Source: Selaginella moellendorffii (taxonomy: Eukaryota; Plantae; Lycopodiophyta). Taken from it: 64,000 nucleotides of DNA. A model generated the notes under the pieces. It did not search any database. It was not told the origin of the DNA and saw only the letters and a list, made by a program, of their open reading frames with translations. Made by a program: the position numbers and the translations under genes. Position 1 is the stretch's first letter, and each line of letters opens with the position of its first letter. This document shows positions 36,856-48,842 of this stretch, piece by piece. Location of the stretch: the NCBI RefSeq assembly GCF_000143415.4, contig NW_003314262.1:3916021-3980020 (forward strand). The letters run 5' to 3'.

Positions 36856-38007
36856 TTACCTGTGGTGTCGTAGCCTCCAAGGGGTGACGATCTCTTCCAG
36901 ATCTCTAAGGCACATATCACGATATGAGATTCCAGCGATTTCTCTACCCTTGAACTCACCGCTGGAGAAGGATACCTTGGCGGTCTTGTCCCGCGAGCTT
37001 TTGTCCACAATGGTACCGTCGGAGCCTTTGAAGCCACCATTGACGACCCGGACGAGCTCGCCGATGCCGGGAACCACAGTCCGGAGGAGGTCCTGCTCGA
37101 TCGTCAGCCTCTGCCCGTGGCGGTCGCGGAGGAGCCGGATCCGCGCCGTGAGACCGTCCTTGTTCACGTCCTCCACCACCGCCTCCTGCTTGGCGAATCG
37201 CTCCAGATGCCGCGGGGGGTGGCGGGTGATCCTCACGATGAGCCCGGCGTCCACCCACTTGGGACTCCTCGGCAGGTTGAAGAGCTCCTTCAGCTTCTCG
37301 GCCTCGAGCTGCCGGGTGATGGCTTCCATCTTGGATCGACTCATGAGCGCTAGCGGCGGAGCAGGAGCTTCGGGTGGCTTGTCCGGCGGCTCCGCGATGG
37401 CCTGGAACAGCGGCGCCGGGGGGCTCAGTTGCTTCTTGCTCGTCTCGGTGGCGGCGGCGGAGATGGCGGTGGACGTAGCAGCGGCGGCGGTGGCGATGGA
37501 ACCAGACGCCGCGGCGGCGGCGGCGCTGCTGCTGCTCGAGGAGGCGGCCGCGAGGCGGGGAAGGGTGAAGGACACCTTCTCGCTTCTCTGGAGCTCGCCG
37601 GGCTTGGCGGTGTTCTTGGAGTGGAGGTGCTTGCGCAGGGTCTTGGCGGCGCGCTGGATCTGCTCGCCCAGCACGCGCTCGTCCTTCTCGTCCTCGGCCT
37701 TCCGCTTGCCGCCGCCGGGCGAGCAGCCGGGGTCGAGCATCGTGATGGCGTAGCGCTGCCCCTCGTCCTTGCGCAGCCGGCACTTGCCCACGTCCTGGAG
37801 GTGCTCGAGGAAGGCGGAGAAGCCCGGCCACGACGTCCTGGCGATGGCCACCGGGTTCTTGCTGCCGCTGTAACTCTTGAACGCGGCGCTGCTCGCCACC
37901 TCCGCGCGGCCGTGCGTGCTCCACATGTGCTCCACGAAACTCACCTCGAACTCCTCGTCCATGGAGGCGCCAAACACCTTGCGCACGCCATAGACCTTGC
38001 CGTTCAT
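36856..38007 (-). CDS. KIN17-like protein (winged helix plus tandem KOW/SH3), lacking the N-terminal zinc finger
   Basis: EEFEVSFVEHM..HG...TSW..FSAFLEHL...GKC matches the Kin17 mid domain. WVDAGLIVRI...LRTVVPGIGELVRVVNGGFKG...GEFKGREIAGISYRDMC matches the KIN17 C-terminus. Confidence 0.8.
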   Translation of the reverse strand: MNGKVYGVRKVFGASMDEEFEVSFVEHMWSTHGRAEVASSAAFKSYSGSKNPVAIARTSWPGFSAFLEHLQDVGKCRLRKDEGQRYAITMLDPGCSPGGGKRKAEDEKDERVLGEQIQRAAKTLRKHLHSKNTAKPGELQRSEKVSFTLPRLAAASSSSSSAAAAAASGSIATAAAATSTAISAAATETSKKQLSPPAPLFQAIAEPPDKPPEAPAPPLALMSRSKMEAITRQLEAEKLKELFNLPRSPKWVDAGLIVRITRHPPRHLERFAKQEAVVEDVNKDGLTARIRLLRDRHGQRLTIEQDLLRTVVPGIGELVRVVNGGFKGSDGTIVDKSSRDKTAKVSFSSGEFKGREIAGISYRDMCLRDLEEIVTPWRLRHHR

Positions 38008-38251
38008 CGCTGCCCTAGCCCTGTTTCTAGGGCTGGGAAGTTCTATCCCAAGTACCCGCGAATCTTTCTTCCGTGCATAGAATCTTCGTTGTCCGTAACT
38101 CCCGTAAAATATCCTTTTAGGTTCTGAAAAGATGCGGCAGTTGGTACGGAAAGCACTGCGAGCCCTCTGCCGTACAGCGACGTTTAGAATATCCTCCAGA
38201 ATGCGGCGGTTGGTACGGAATTCGCTGTCACAAGCCCACGAAACGTACGGA

Positions 38252-39895
38252 CTAGGACTCGATAGTGAAGATGTTGTGGAGGAGGACGTAGGGCGACGAG
38301 GCGTGGGGCTCGGCCTCGGAGCTCTTCCACGCGAAGAGCCTGCCGGCGGCCTGGGCGTCGCCGTGGGTGGAGCACGCGGCCATTAGCGCGGTGCACGCCA
38401 TGGAGCCCGGCTCCCCAGGCGCGGCGTAGGCGAGCTCCTCGGCGTCGCCCAGCTTGCCCGCGCGGCCCAGCAGATCCATCATGCTCCCGAAATGCCCCGC
38501 GTCCGGCCTGATCCCAAAGCTGCCCTGCATCTCCAGAAAGTAGCCGCGCGCGTCGAAGAGCGCGCCCGAGTGGCTGCACGCGCAGAGGATGGTGTTGAAG
38601 GTGACGGCGTTGGGCGGCGAGCCGTCGAGCGCCATGCGCTGGAACAGCTCGAGCGCCGCGGCGCCATGGCCGTTGTGCGCGTACGACGCGATCATGGCCG
38701 TCCACGGCGCCACGTCCCTGTCCGGCAGACGGTCGAAGATGGCCCTCGCGGCGTCCAGGCCGCCGGAGCGCCCGTACATGTAGACGAGCGCGGTGGCGAT
38801 GGGGCCGTCGCGGTCGAAGCCCCGATCGACGCTGGCGTGGACGAGCTTGCCCTCGGCGGGGGCCGGGATGGTCGCGCAGGCGTCGAAGAGCGTGAGCAGC
38901 GTCATGGTGTTGGGCTGGATGCCGTCCAAGTCCATGCGCTTGAGGAAATCGACGGCGGTGGCGATATGCCCGAGCTGGGCATACCCCTTGATCATGGAGT
39001 TCCACGTCGACACGTTTGGGGATTCCAGCGAGTCGAACAGCTCCCGGGCTTGATCCATCTGGCCGTGCTTGACGTACGCCGAGATCATCGCGTTGGTGGA
39101 GACGATGCAGCGATCTTCCGCGGCATCGAGCATCGATCGCGCCTCCACCAGCAGCCCGCATTTGCCGTAGAAGTTGACGATGGCGGTCTGGATCTTTGCA
39201 TCCCGGGAGAGCTCTAGCGAGGATTGGACCTCGGCGTGGATTTGCCGGCCTTCCTTCACAGACCCAGTAGCAGCACAGGCCTCGAGCACGCTGAGGAACG
39301 CCACTTTGGTCGGCGTTGTCCCCTCGATGTCCATCTCCCGGAAGAGAGTTAGGGCTCTTCGCCCTTGGCCGTTCTGGACGCACGCCGCGATCATCGTCGA
39401 CCAGGTGACAATGTCCTTCTCGGGTGTTTTCTTGAACGTAGAATATGCCCCGTGAAAATGCCCGTTCTGGGCATATGCTGCGACCATGATGTTCCACGAG
39501 AAGCTATTTGGCGAAGAGATCTCTTGGAATACCGAGCATGCCCTCTCGAGGCATCCGCAAGAGCCATACATTTGGACGAGGAGATTCCACACGTAGATGT
39601 CGCCATTGAATTGGGTCTGGGCGACATGGCCGTGGAGCCGGATGCCCTCTGGCAATGCCTTGGCGGCGCGGATTCTTCGCAAAAGATCGCCGTAGAGCGT
39701 TGGATTCCCGCGGATCTTCCCCTCTAGCACCTGGTCCAGTTCCTCTCTTAGGGTTTGGAGATTCGTGTCGGCCGATCGCGCTGCCAGAGACGTGCCCGCG
39801 ATCAATCGGTCGAATTTCCTGTTCCTGGCAATCCGGGAGTAGCTGCGGCGATGCTTGTGCCCGAGATCTTTATGCCGCAAAATGCCCCACAACAT
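38252..39895 (-). CDS. PLS-class PPR protein with E domain, 547 aa
   Basis: P-L-S repeats; HFGSMMDLLGRAGKL...TALMAACSTHG...PYVLLHNIF. Confidence 0.92.
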   Translation of the reverse strand: MLWGILRHKDLGHKHRRSYSRIARNRKFDRLIAGTSLAARSADTNLQTLREELDQVLEGKIRGNPTLYGDLLRRIRAAKALPEGIRLHGHVAQTQFNGDIYVWNLLVQMYGSCGCLERACSVFQEISSPNSFSWNIMVAAYAQNGHFHGAYSTFKKTPEKDIVTWSTMIAACVQNGQGRRALTLFREMDIEGTTPTKVAFLSVLEACAATGSVKEGRQIHAEVQSSLELSRDAKIQTAIVNFYGKCGLLVEARSMLDAAEDRCIVSTNAMISAYVKHGQMDQARELFDSLESPNVSTWNSMIKGYAQLGHIATAVDFLKRMDLDGIQPNTMTLLTLFDACATIPAPAEGKLVHASVDRGFDRDGPIATALVYMYGRSGGLDAARAIFDRLPDRDVAPWTAMIASYAHNGHGAAALELFQRMALDGSPPNAVTFNTILCACSHSGALFDARGYFLEMQGSFGIRPDAGHFGSMMDLLGRAGKLGDAEELAYAAPGEPGSMACTALMAACSTHGDAQAAGRLFAWKSSEAEPHASSPYVLLHNIFTIES

Positions 39896-39927
39896 TCACG
39901 GTTTTACTTTAGGGTTTATAGTTCGCG

Positions 39928-41469
39928 ATGGGGAAGAGGAAGCATGGCGATGCCGATTCCTCGCAAGCGCTGGATTCCGGCTCCTCTGGTCGCAAGTACA
40001 CTGTGAGCTTGGCCGTATCTGGATCGATCATCAACAATGCGCAGTCGCTAGAGCTCGCCACACGGGTAAGCATTGGCTCGGGGCGCTGTGGCAGTGATCT
40101 TTCCTTTGGTTCTTTCTAGCTCGCGGGGCAAATCGCGAGAGCTGCCACGATATTTCGAATCGATGAGGTATTCTTTCTTTCTTTCTCGAGAGAAGGCGAT
40201 AGATTTTCTTGTAGATCGTTGTCTTCGACGATGGAGAGAGCTCCGCGAGCTCGTTCCAGCGGACCGGATGGGGAAGAGAGACGGGTGAGGCGAGTGGTGG
40301 CGAGTTTCTTGCTCGAGTTCTTCGCTACTTGGAGGTTCCTCAGTACTTGCGGCGAGCGCTCGTTCCAATGCACAAGAGCCTCCGATATGCGGTTTTGTAA
40401 CCAAGCTAGAACTCTTTCGAGCTTTCTTTCTGATGCATGCCTTTGCTTCTTCAGGGACAATTGCCGCCGCTGGATTCACCTCATCATCTCCGAAAGCAAG
40501 CATGGTTGCCATTCCGAGAAGGTAGCGTTGCTCATCCTTTCGCGTTTTAAGTCTTGAGAGGTGTAGGAGTTGCTTTGGACAAAAGCTTCGAGAAGAGTCG
40601 TGGCAATGGATGTTATGCTGATGTTGGGCTTGGCCAGGTAAGCTTTTTCCTTGTTTATCGATGAACTTGGGAGTATGAGTAATTGTCATGTTTGTGTGCA
40701 GGATGTTTTGATTCAGGAGACTGTAAATGCAGGCACCAGGATTACTGTCGCTATGGGATCTACTGACAAAAATCTGAAGCGAGGTGTCGCTAAAAAGTTC
40801 ACAATCACTTGTTTAATCGCTGTGTTTCCCTTTGATCTTTATTTCAGGAAAGAAATTGTCCGTCGTCCCTTCCAGCACACCGAGAGAGAGTGCTGGTCTG
40901 TACTGGGGCTATACAGTTCGTGTCGTGGATCGCCTGACTAAAGCTTTCTCCGATTCGTCTTTCGAGGTGCCAAACCGGTTTCTCTTATCTATCATCTCAA
41001 GTGTTTTTTCACTTTTCAAGGAAGGCTACGACTACACCATTGGTACGTCAGAGCACGGAGAGAAAGTCCTGACTAGCGATCTTCGCGTTCCTAGTTTTAG
41101 GTGAGGTTTACGTGCAGTTTCTCTTGCTTGTGTTATTCATGGGTTACACAGGCATGCGCTTATCGTGTTCGGAGGTCCAGCTGGTCTAGAGGAGAGCCTG
41201 GAGCTTGACGGATCATCCGCGGTACTGCTTCGCTATTAAACTTGTGGGACTTGAGTGTTTACTCGCTTGAATCAGGTGGAAGACGTGAGAGAGCTATTCA
41301 CGAGGTACCTAAACACTTGTCCTCTGCAAGGATCAAGAACTATACGCACCGAGGTAGACTGTTCTTTAACCAGTGCTGTCGATTCTCACTGTTGTCATCT
41401 TTGTAGGAAGCCATTTTCATTTCTCTGCAGTTCTTGCAAGAACCACTTCTGCGAGCCGTCAACCTTTGA
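39928..41469 (+). CDS. SPOUT-family RNA methyltransferase (C9orf114/SPOUT1-like), multi-exon
   Basis: Spliced protein: YTVSLAVSGSIINNAQS..|LAGQIARAATIFRIDE|IVVFDD..YLEVPQYLRR..AGQLPPLDSPHH..IVFGGPAGLE..LNTCPLQGSRTIRTE|EAIFISL. Confidence 0.9.
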
Positions 41470-41699
41470 TTTTCATCCACTGCAAAGGAGAATGTCAAAA
41501 TGCGGCGCACGAAATGCAACTCACTCGCGATCTTTGCTTCCTGCCTTAGCAACTCAAAATGCTGCTGAAAATGTGGCCCAGTGGGAGTTCCATACAATAG
41601 GGAACTCTTCTCTTTCAGGACGGCATACAGCTCCTTTACAACTTAATGGTGGACGTGGAGTTGAAGACTCTTGCTGTGCAACAGCGTCAGCAAGACCAT

Positions 41700-43430
41700 C
41701 CCTTTTGTGGCCGTGACGACTAAAGCGTCCAATCAAGACGCTGTCACTCCGTCCGTGATCAGCTGCTCAGAAGGGGTGGAAGGCGAGCAGCTAGATCGTA
41801 GTGTTGTCTCGTACAGCAAGAATGTGCTCAGTCCGTGATCAGCTGCTCAGAAGGGGATGTAACTCCTCCTTTGTTTCTGGACGAGTCTTCCGCATTCGAA
41901 GAGCACTTGGAGCAGCAAGAAGATTTGGAAGAAACACCACGGGCTGGTTTTGAAGAAAAGCCATTTCGTCAATCCACGGCCAGCTGCTGGTGTATTGTTT
42001 CTGGACGAGTCCTCGAAGAAGAGCATTTGGAGCAGCAAGAATGTGCTGATTTTGAAGAGGTGTCGGTGCTGCATGGGCTCGTTTGGAAGAAGATAAAGCG
42101 GGACAGGGGGGTCACAAGCTCGCCTGCCAAGTTTAACAAGCATGAAGCCAGAGTCGAGGTTTGTGGCTCGTCGTCTTTTGCAGCGCCAACAGCAGCAGCA
42201 ATAGCAGCAGTGAGAGCAGCCGCACCACTTGAAACAGCCGTAACACAAATGGTACAAACTTTAGAATCGGGCGACTTGGTGACACCCTGGTAACTTTACG
42301 GACGCTTCAAAGAATATCCATGCAATCCTGATCGCAGTATCAGCTCCAAGGTAAGTCTGTGGCGATGATATCTTCACTCTAATCGTCAAACACCATTATA
42401 GCAAGCCTTATGGCTCAGGAAGAGCCAGCTTCAGGTGGTGGGAGGAAGGCGGAAGCTGAAGTAGCTTCTCCACTGTTTCTGGACGAGGCCTCCGCGTACG
42501 AGGAGGAGCAAAGAAGAAGATCTTGAAGAGATGCCACACAGGGGCGGGTTTCCAGAGGAAGAGTCGGAGCTGCAGTTTGGAAGAAGATGAAGGTGCATGC
42601 AACAAGTTCTCCGCCAAGGAAATCCTCATTTCTTATCATCGCAAACTGCCGTGGCTCAGACAGCACCAACATCACTCATTCGAAGTAGCTGCAATACTAG
42701 TGGCACGGACAATCGAGTCTTTTTGGAGCCTCATCTCGACATCCGATGTTCAACGTGTGATCAAGGTGCTCAGGGCTACGAGAGACTACATTATCCAGCA
42801 AAGCCATTTGACTTCTCTAGAGGCATCACTCTATCAGCTTGGTATGCAGAAGCGTCTCAGCTTTCGAAGTGAATTTGACAAGCAACCCGACTCCAATCCG
42901 GATGGAAGATATTCGAGACGCAAGGGTGGTTATTACGCAGGAGCCTCTTCAGCTGGAAATGAGCTATCATCATCGAGAACTTCTGGCTCGGGAACTATTG
43001 GTTTTAAGTGGTGAAGCATTCAGGAGTTTCCTGGTCGTGGTCACAAATTGAACAGATTATCTATCCATCAGGCTTTTCGTCGCTAGAACAGCATGGAGAT
43101 TGGTTTGTGATCTGGACAAGAGAAAGCAGAAATGTCCCGGGAGCTGCAGGAAGGAAGCAAGTGTCTGGGGCTCAACAGAAGCAAGTAAAAGAAGATATTG
43201 GGACTCACCATGTCCGTCACCATGGAGCGGGTCAACAAGAATTACTAGTTCCTGTTATTTGAGGAAGAGTTTTCACTCAAGAGTCCAGGAAATCACGAAC
43301 CACAACGACTAGAGGTCCCGCGATGAAGCAAAGGTTTGCAAGCGTTCTCATGCTTCGAGAAGCCCGGCCGGGTTTTCCCACCGCGCTTACAATTCACGCA
43401 GTTGGCAAGGAAAGCCATACGAAAATTTCT
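41700..43430 (+). repeat. Second cluster of the acidic-unit lineage-specific family (probable pseudogene)
   Basis: PLFLDESSAFEEHLEQQEDLEETP-like unit occurs three times (about 41865, 41995, 42465); homologous to 26100-28680. Confidence 0.65.
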
Positions 43431-43957
43431 AGAAGACTGATCAATGTATGACAGACTGGGGAGCGTTGAGAAAGCTAGTGTTTGAAATGTGGCTTCCTCC
43501 GCACAAACACAACATATTTTTTGGAACCAAACATAATCCTGTTCTGAGTTTTGGTTGATAATTGCATGGAAAACTTGAAATACGGATCGCCTAGATAGAG
43601 ACCATTGAAAAACAAAAAGCTGTATGTGGCTCCGTGCAACGGATCAAACATGAATAAATACCGTGAAATTTGATCTCTGTTGCATGTTTCATCAGGAGTA
43701 GAAACAAAAAGAAGTCCTTCAATCTGATCATCAGAATTCGCTCCACTCCGTGACAGTCTTGCGGTACATATACTCCCTCGCAAAGGGCATCCGCATACTC
43801 AGCATCCCTAGGAGGCATCATGAATCTACTCTTCGCTTTGTTCATGAAAGCGAGAGTTGTGATGCTGCTGTTGTGTGACAGTCAATAGTCATATGAACGA
43901 ACGAACAAAGATACATGGCAACCTAGCTTCCAATTGAGTTCCTACACTAGGCTTCAA

Positions 43958-44028
43958 TGGAGATGCCAGGTATCGATCACGGTGCCTCGCATGCTAAGCG
44001 AGCGCTCTACCATCTGAGCTACATCCCC
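43958..44028 (-). tRNA. tRNA-Ala(AGC), probably a pseudogene
   Basis: GGGGATGTAGCTCAGATGGTAGAGCGCTCGCTTAGCATGCGAG-GCA-CCGTGATCGATACCTGGCATCTCCA. Variable loop is 2 nt short, the T-stem has a mismatch, and there is no adjacent oligo-T terminator. Confidence 0.85.
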
Positions 44029-44323
44029 TCAACATAAAATGAAGCGATTTTATAATACGATACCAAGAAAAGGCAATTGCTAGACAAAAAACATGTTTTT
44101 GAAAGTATGCCGCAGCTCGAAACTTTGTTTACAAGGTCTCCCCCTCCAAGAAGCATGAGACCAATGGGTTCAAATATTCAGCTGTGTAGCTATTCATTGT
44201 CCAATCTCATTGGCATCGGTGTCGTGTGCATGCAATAGAACAATCTTATAAATTTTTCCAAATACCTACACTGTGACACTGTGACAACTCACTTTGCTTT
44301 GCCTAAAGAATATACCTTAAGTG

Positions 44324-44472
<149 letters not shown>

Positions 44473-45072
44473 AAGATATATATATTGATATATAGATCGA
44501 TATATATATATATATATATATACATAGACAAAAAAATACATATATAAAAAGAGAGAGAGATGGGTGTGCATGTATATATACACACTCACAATCAAAGATA
44601 TATTTTATTTAACATTTTTTTTTGAGACCCCTCCCCCCATGAGAGAGAGACAGTGTGTGAGTTTTTATTTGTATGGAGAAACATAGAGACACACATATCT
44701 CTATACAAATATNNNNNNNNNNNNNNNNNNNNNNNNNNNNNNNNNNNNNNNNNNNNNNNNNNNNNNNNNNNNNNNNNNNNNNNNNNNNNNNNNNNNNNNN
44801 NNNNNNNNNNNNAATGAACTCATAATGGAAGTTTTTAATTCCTTGTAGTTTCGTCCTGGCAGGCTTGCACCACTACAAGAGCAGCAGTGCGTGGAGAAGT
44901 TTTGGGACCAGGAATGATTTAAACACAACGCTATATTTACAAATTTACATCACACAAGAGAAACCGAGACCAACTGTAGACTGGCTCTCATCGGCGGACG
45001 TTTACATGGTCCTACCATCTGTGGGCCTGCTTTAAGTTGCTAAAGAATGGCAATTACGTTTCGAGGGGAAAT

Positions 45073-45815
45073 TTACATCATGTGGAACACTGGAGTCTTG
45101 GTGAAAAACTCGGTGATCACCAAGGCGAGGAAGCCAAGCATCGCGGTTCGCCCATTCCAGCGCTCCGCCATGGCTCTAAATGGCCCAATTGATCTGCTGT
45201 CCGGGCTCTCGCCCTTAAACATGGGCACCAGCGACGCGTACGCGAATAGCTGTGCCACCGCCAGGAAATGGAAAAGACCAGTGCTCCCCGGCGAGTAGAG
45301 TTGCTCCGCCACCGTTTGTCCCGTCATTCGCTCCACCGCGAATGCCCACACCAATCCAATCATTGCCTGCTTGTCAAGTTCACGAAGTTACTTGCCAAGA
45401 TCTAGAAGAACAACCAACAATCGCTTACCAGTCTTCCGTTGATCGTTTCCGGGCCGGCTCCATCGAACGCCATCAAGCTGGGGAACGATCGATCGCCAGT
45501 CTCTGGTCGCCTCTCGACCTCTGGCCTGGGATAGAGCGATCCGGACGATGGCACCGCGCCAAACACTGAGCGCTTCTCCGACTCGTTCTCGGCCTGGTTC
45601 TTGAGAACTTCCTCGCGGGTGATCTCCTTCTTGGTGTCGTCGAGGATGCCACTGATGCCGCCATCGCCACCATCCCTGGATTTGTTCGAGGACGCTCTCA
45701 CTACTAGATTTCGCGAGCTGGAGCTCGTGGGCAATTGGGATTGGAGGTGGAGCTTGTTGGAGATGAGAGAGGAAGAAGAGAGAGTTGCGATGCTGCTGCC
45801 TGAGACGAGTGCCAT
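45073..45815 (-). CDS. ELIP: Early light-induced protein (ELIP), exons 45815-45429 and 45366-45073, 226 aa
   Basis: Near-identical mature protein and same intron position as 14132-14891. Confidence 0.93.
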
Positions 45816-46973
45816 TGTTTTTGAGCTGCGAGCTAGCTAGGAAAAAATAAACTGTGCAAATGAACTACTTTCTTTACATTTGAGATGGCAGATATTTATA
45901 CTGTATAAGGCCCGTACGTGGCAAAAACTAGTTCCCGGCTCGGCTCGTGTCCACTGTATGTGTCGCATGCCTTGTGCGGTGAAAAAGGCCGAAGGTAAAA
46001 ATTCTCCTCGAGAAAATGCAAGGTGTATATTACTTTAGAACTTTCGTTTCGTTTTGCAATCGAATTCGTACACGGGGATGCTCTTTTGTCTAAAACATTA
46101 ACTTAATCTAATCGCGTTAAGTCTTGATACTCTCGCAAAAAATTGGCAAATCTCATGGCGTATCAAACTTGACTGTATCTCTTGAATCATGATAAGAAAA
46201 GAGGGAAATGAAGAACCCACCTGCATGCAAGATGTTGGAGAACCCGTGAGCCACTGTGACAACAGTGCTGCCTTTAAAAAATTTGCTTGTCATGAGATGG
46301 ATCTGTCCATCAGGTGGAGCTGCCACTTGATTATCAAAATGATACTTATCAAGTTTTACGAACAGGAAAGAAAGCTGAAGGAAGGCTTTGACATCATTTG
46401 GAAAACCGATCCAAGGCGCTTCAACCTATGTGTCGCCTCATATCAACACTATCCCCTAAGCCATACAGAAAGTTTTACTTTTGTTTGCTGGAACTTTGTT
46501 GAATCACTGGTTTGGAGAAACTAGGTGTGAAATTATGGCATGCAATCCCTTGATAATTCAAAGATGTTCTTTAATTTTTTTTCCCAAAAGAACAAATCAA
46601 AATCTCCAACATAATTCTGATGGCACTTTCTTTGCCTACTGGGCTTAAGATGGTCCATTTCTTATCGTCCCTGAAATTTTCGCTCAAATTAAGAGTTGAT
46701 GCTGTTCTGGGATACCTGAGCTTCTAATGTCATGGGACTGTACTTCGAAGATAACTGTGGAACATGGAAGATTTAGAGCTAGATTCTCCGTCGTAGTACG
46801 GTCGAAGCTTGCCACAATCCTATTTATTGTTACTGAAGGAAAACACTTATCTGTCAGACTAAATTCCTCGCTAGCAACTTGCTAGATATTTGGTGTTGTT
46901 TCAAGTGTTCTTTGGCTGTGGCCTTTTCCCTTTAAAGCTTGTAGAGTTGAAAATCTGATACAATAGAGGCATC

Positions 46974-48620
46974 TTGGCTACAGATCAAGAGCTCAACTGC
47001 CCGGGTCTACTCGATCCCAACCAAGTCACCGTCGTTACTTGTGATCCGGGAAAGTCTTTTCTTTTCGTAGGGTCACCGAACATGGATGAACACTGCCTGT
47101 CTCTTGAACCCGAGGAAGAGCTGCTCGTTGTCGGCCCCAAGGGCACCCGGAAAAGCTGCCTGTTAAGGGCAATGGCTGCGGCGCTCTACAGGGGTGGTCC
47201 AGAGAAGAGTGTGATCGTTTGTGTGTGGAACATGGAGAGGGCCAGATCGCCGGCTGAAATGGCTACTTGATGGGCTACTCTTTGCATACTCGGGTGAAGC
47301 CGGTTCTTGAAACGCTTTGGAAAATGGAAGAAGAGAGGATCCATAGTGTGAGGAGGAGTCTACAAATGTTTCTCAAGGAGAGGGCAGCCGCTTGTCTCCT
47401 GAAGCGCAGCAAGCTGTGGCTGCCGCCAAGAGTCATTCGGAGGGAGTAGTGCTCTATCGTGTCAGGGGTTTTACCGAGGTTTATGGTGTTCGTATCTCTA
47501 CTTATCGTTCTCGTCAACTAATCCTAGTCTTTACAGGAACAAAGAAAAGTCCTTCCTCACTCCGTACTGGGAGCCGTTGTAAGTGAAGATCCACAGCGGA
47601 CCAAGGACATGGATTTTTACGCTGGTTTCCATCCTCTGTTTCTGGATCAGCTGGACAAGGCTTGCATGGAGATAGCTCGGATCAAGAAGGCAGGCGGACA
47701 CAAATCAGGGGCGACGGCTGGACAGTTAAGCCAGTAGCTGAGTTGGAGCCACAAGAAGTCTCTATACTTTTGGAAGACGAGGCCGATTGGAATAAGGTGC
47801 TCTTACGCTTTATTAATGGTACAATGTCCAGCATCCAGAAATCAGTGCAAGAGGTTGTTGATAGGGTGGAGAAGGATATAACTTGCAACTTCCACCTGCC
47901 AGTGGAAATGATCAAACAGGATCCCAGGTACTTACTGTTAGATAACGAGTTCTGCTCACCTTTTGTGGAGCAGATCTACGTAGAGGAGTTTTAAAAGGCC
48001 CAAGAGGAGCATGGACCATGGGTGGGATTGGCATTGGTAAGGCCTATAATCGGTTGGTTGGTGTGTGTATGGTTATGTAAGTAATTGTGCGATGATGAAT
48101 ATCTAAACATAGCATACAAATTTCAAACAACTTTACAATTACCATGAAAGGTATATATACATTCCGATCTAGTTCAACTATAGCTGGGTAGACGCTGTGT
48201 TCATCTACGGATGGCAGACTTCACTTGATTGGGGTGCAATTCACTGAAAATGTCGACAAGCACAAGCATTCTGAAGAGCAGTTTATGGCCTTCAACGCCC
48301 TTAAGGAGTGGGTGCTGGATGTAGTAGCTCTTGTGCAGCCACAGGCACAAGCAGCCACTGCCGCCGCCGCAGTTATTCTTGGACTTTGTGTTTGTGTGTT
48401 GTACATCGAGCTACTTCAACACCTCGGAGGGGAGTTACTTCCTGGTGGGACGCTGAATCACACATTCCATGTTATCAGTTTTGACTATGTAATGCTTGGT
48501 AGAGCAAATGACGAGGTAATCCAGATTCTCAAGACTATGACTCAGCGTCATGAAGAAGTCAGGAAAAGTGATCAAGTAGAGGTTGTGCGCCTTAAGAGAT
48601 TTAGACCTGAGCTAAAAAAA
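46974..48620 (+). pseudogene. Crinkler-like P-loop NTPase plus REase-fold gene, frameshifted
   Basis: Walker A-like LLVVGPKGTRKSCLL at about 47120. Downstream YIPI*FNYSWVDAVF (48158-48202), then a frameshift to LHLIGVQFTENVDKHKHSEEQF. Confidence 0.6.
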
Positions 48621-48781
48621 AAGAAAAAACAAAAAAGGAAAAAAGACGTGAAAACACTCTCTTTATATATCCGACTTTCTTGTTCTGGAATCCTCTACAT
48701 TAATTTAATCATCCCAATCTCTCCTTCTTCCGTTTGAAGGAATGAACATCAAGCTTATATGCATTGGAACATGTAAAATCT

Positions 48782-48842
48782 CGCCGTTGCCGGGGATCGA
48801 CCGCGTGACAGGCGGAAATACTCACCACTATACTACAACGAC
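48782..48842 (-). pseudogene. tRNA-Asp(GTC) pseudogene with an internal deletion of about 11 nt
   Basis: GTCGTTGTAGTATAGTGGTGAGTATTTCCGCCTGTCACGCGG/TCGATCCCCGGCAACGGCG. The variable loop and 5' T-stem are missing. Confidence 0.88.
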
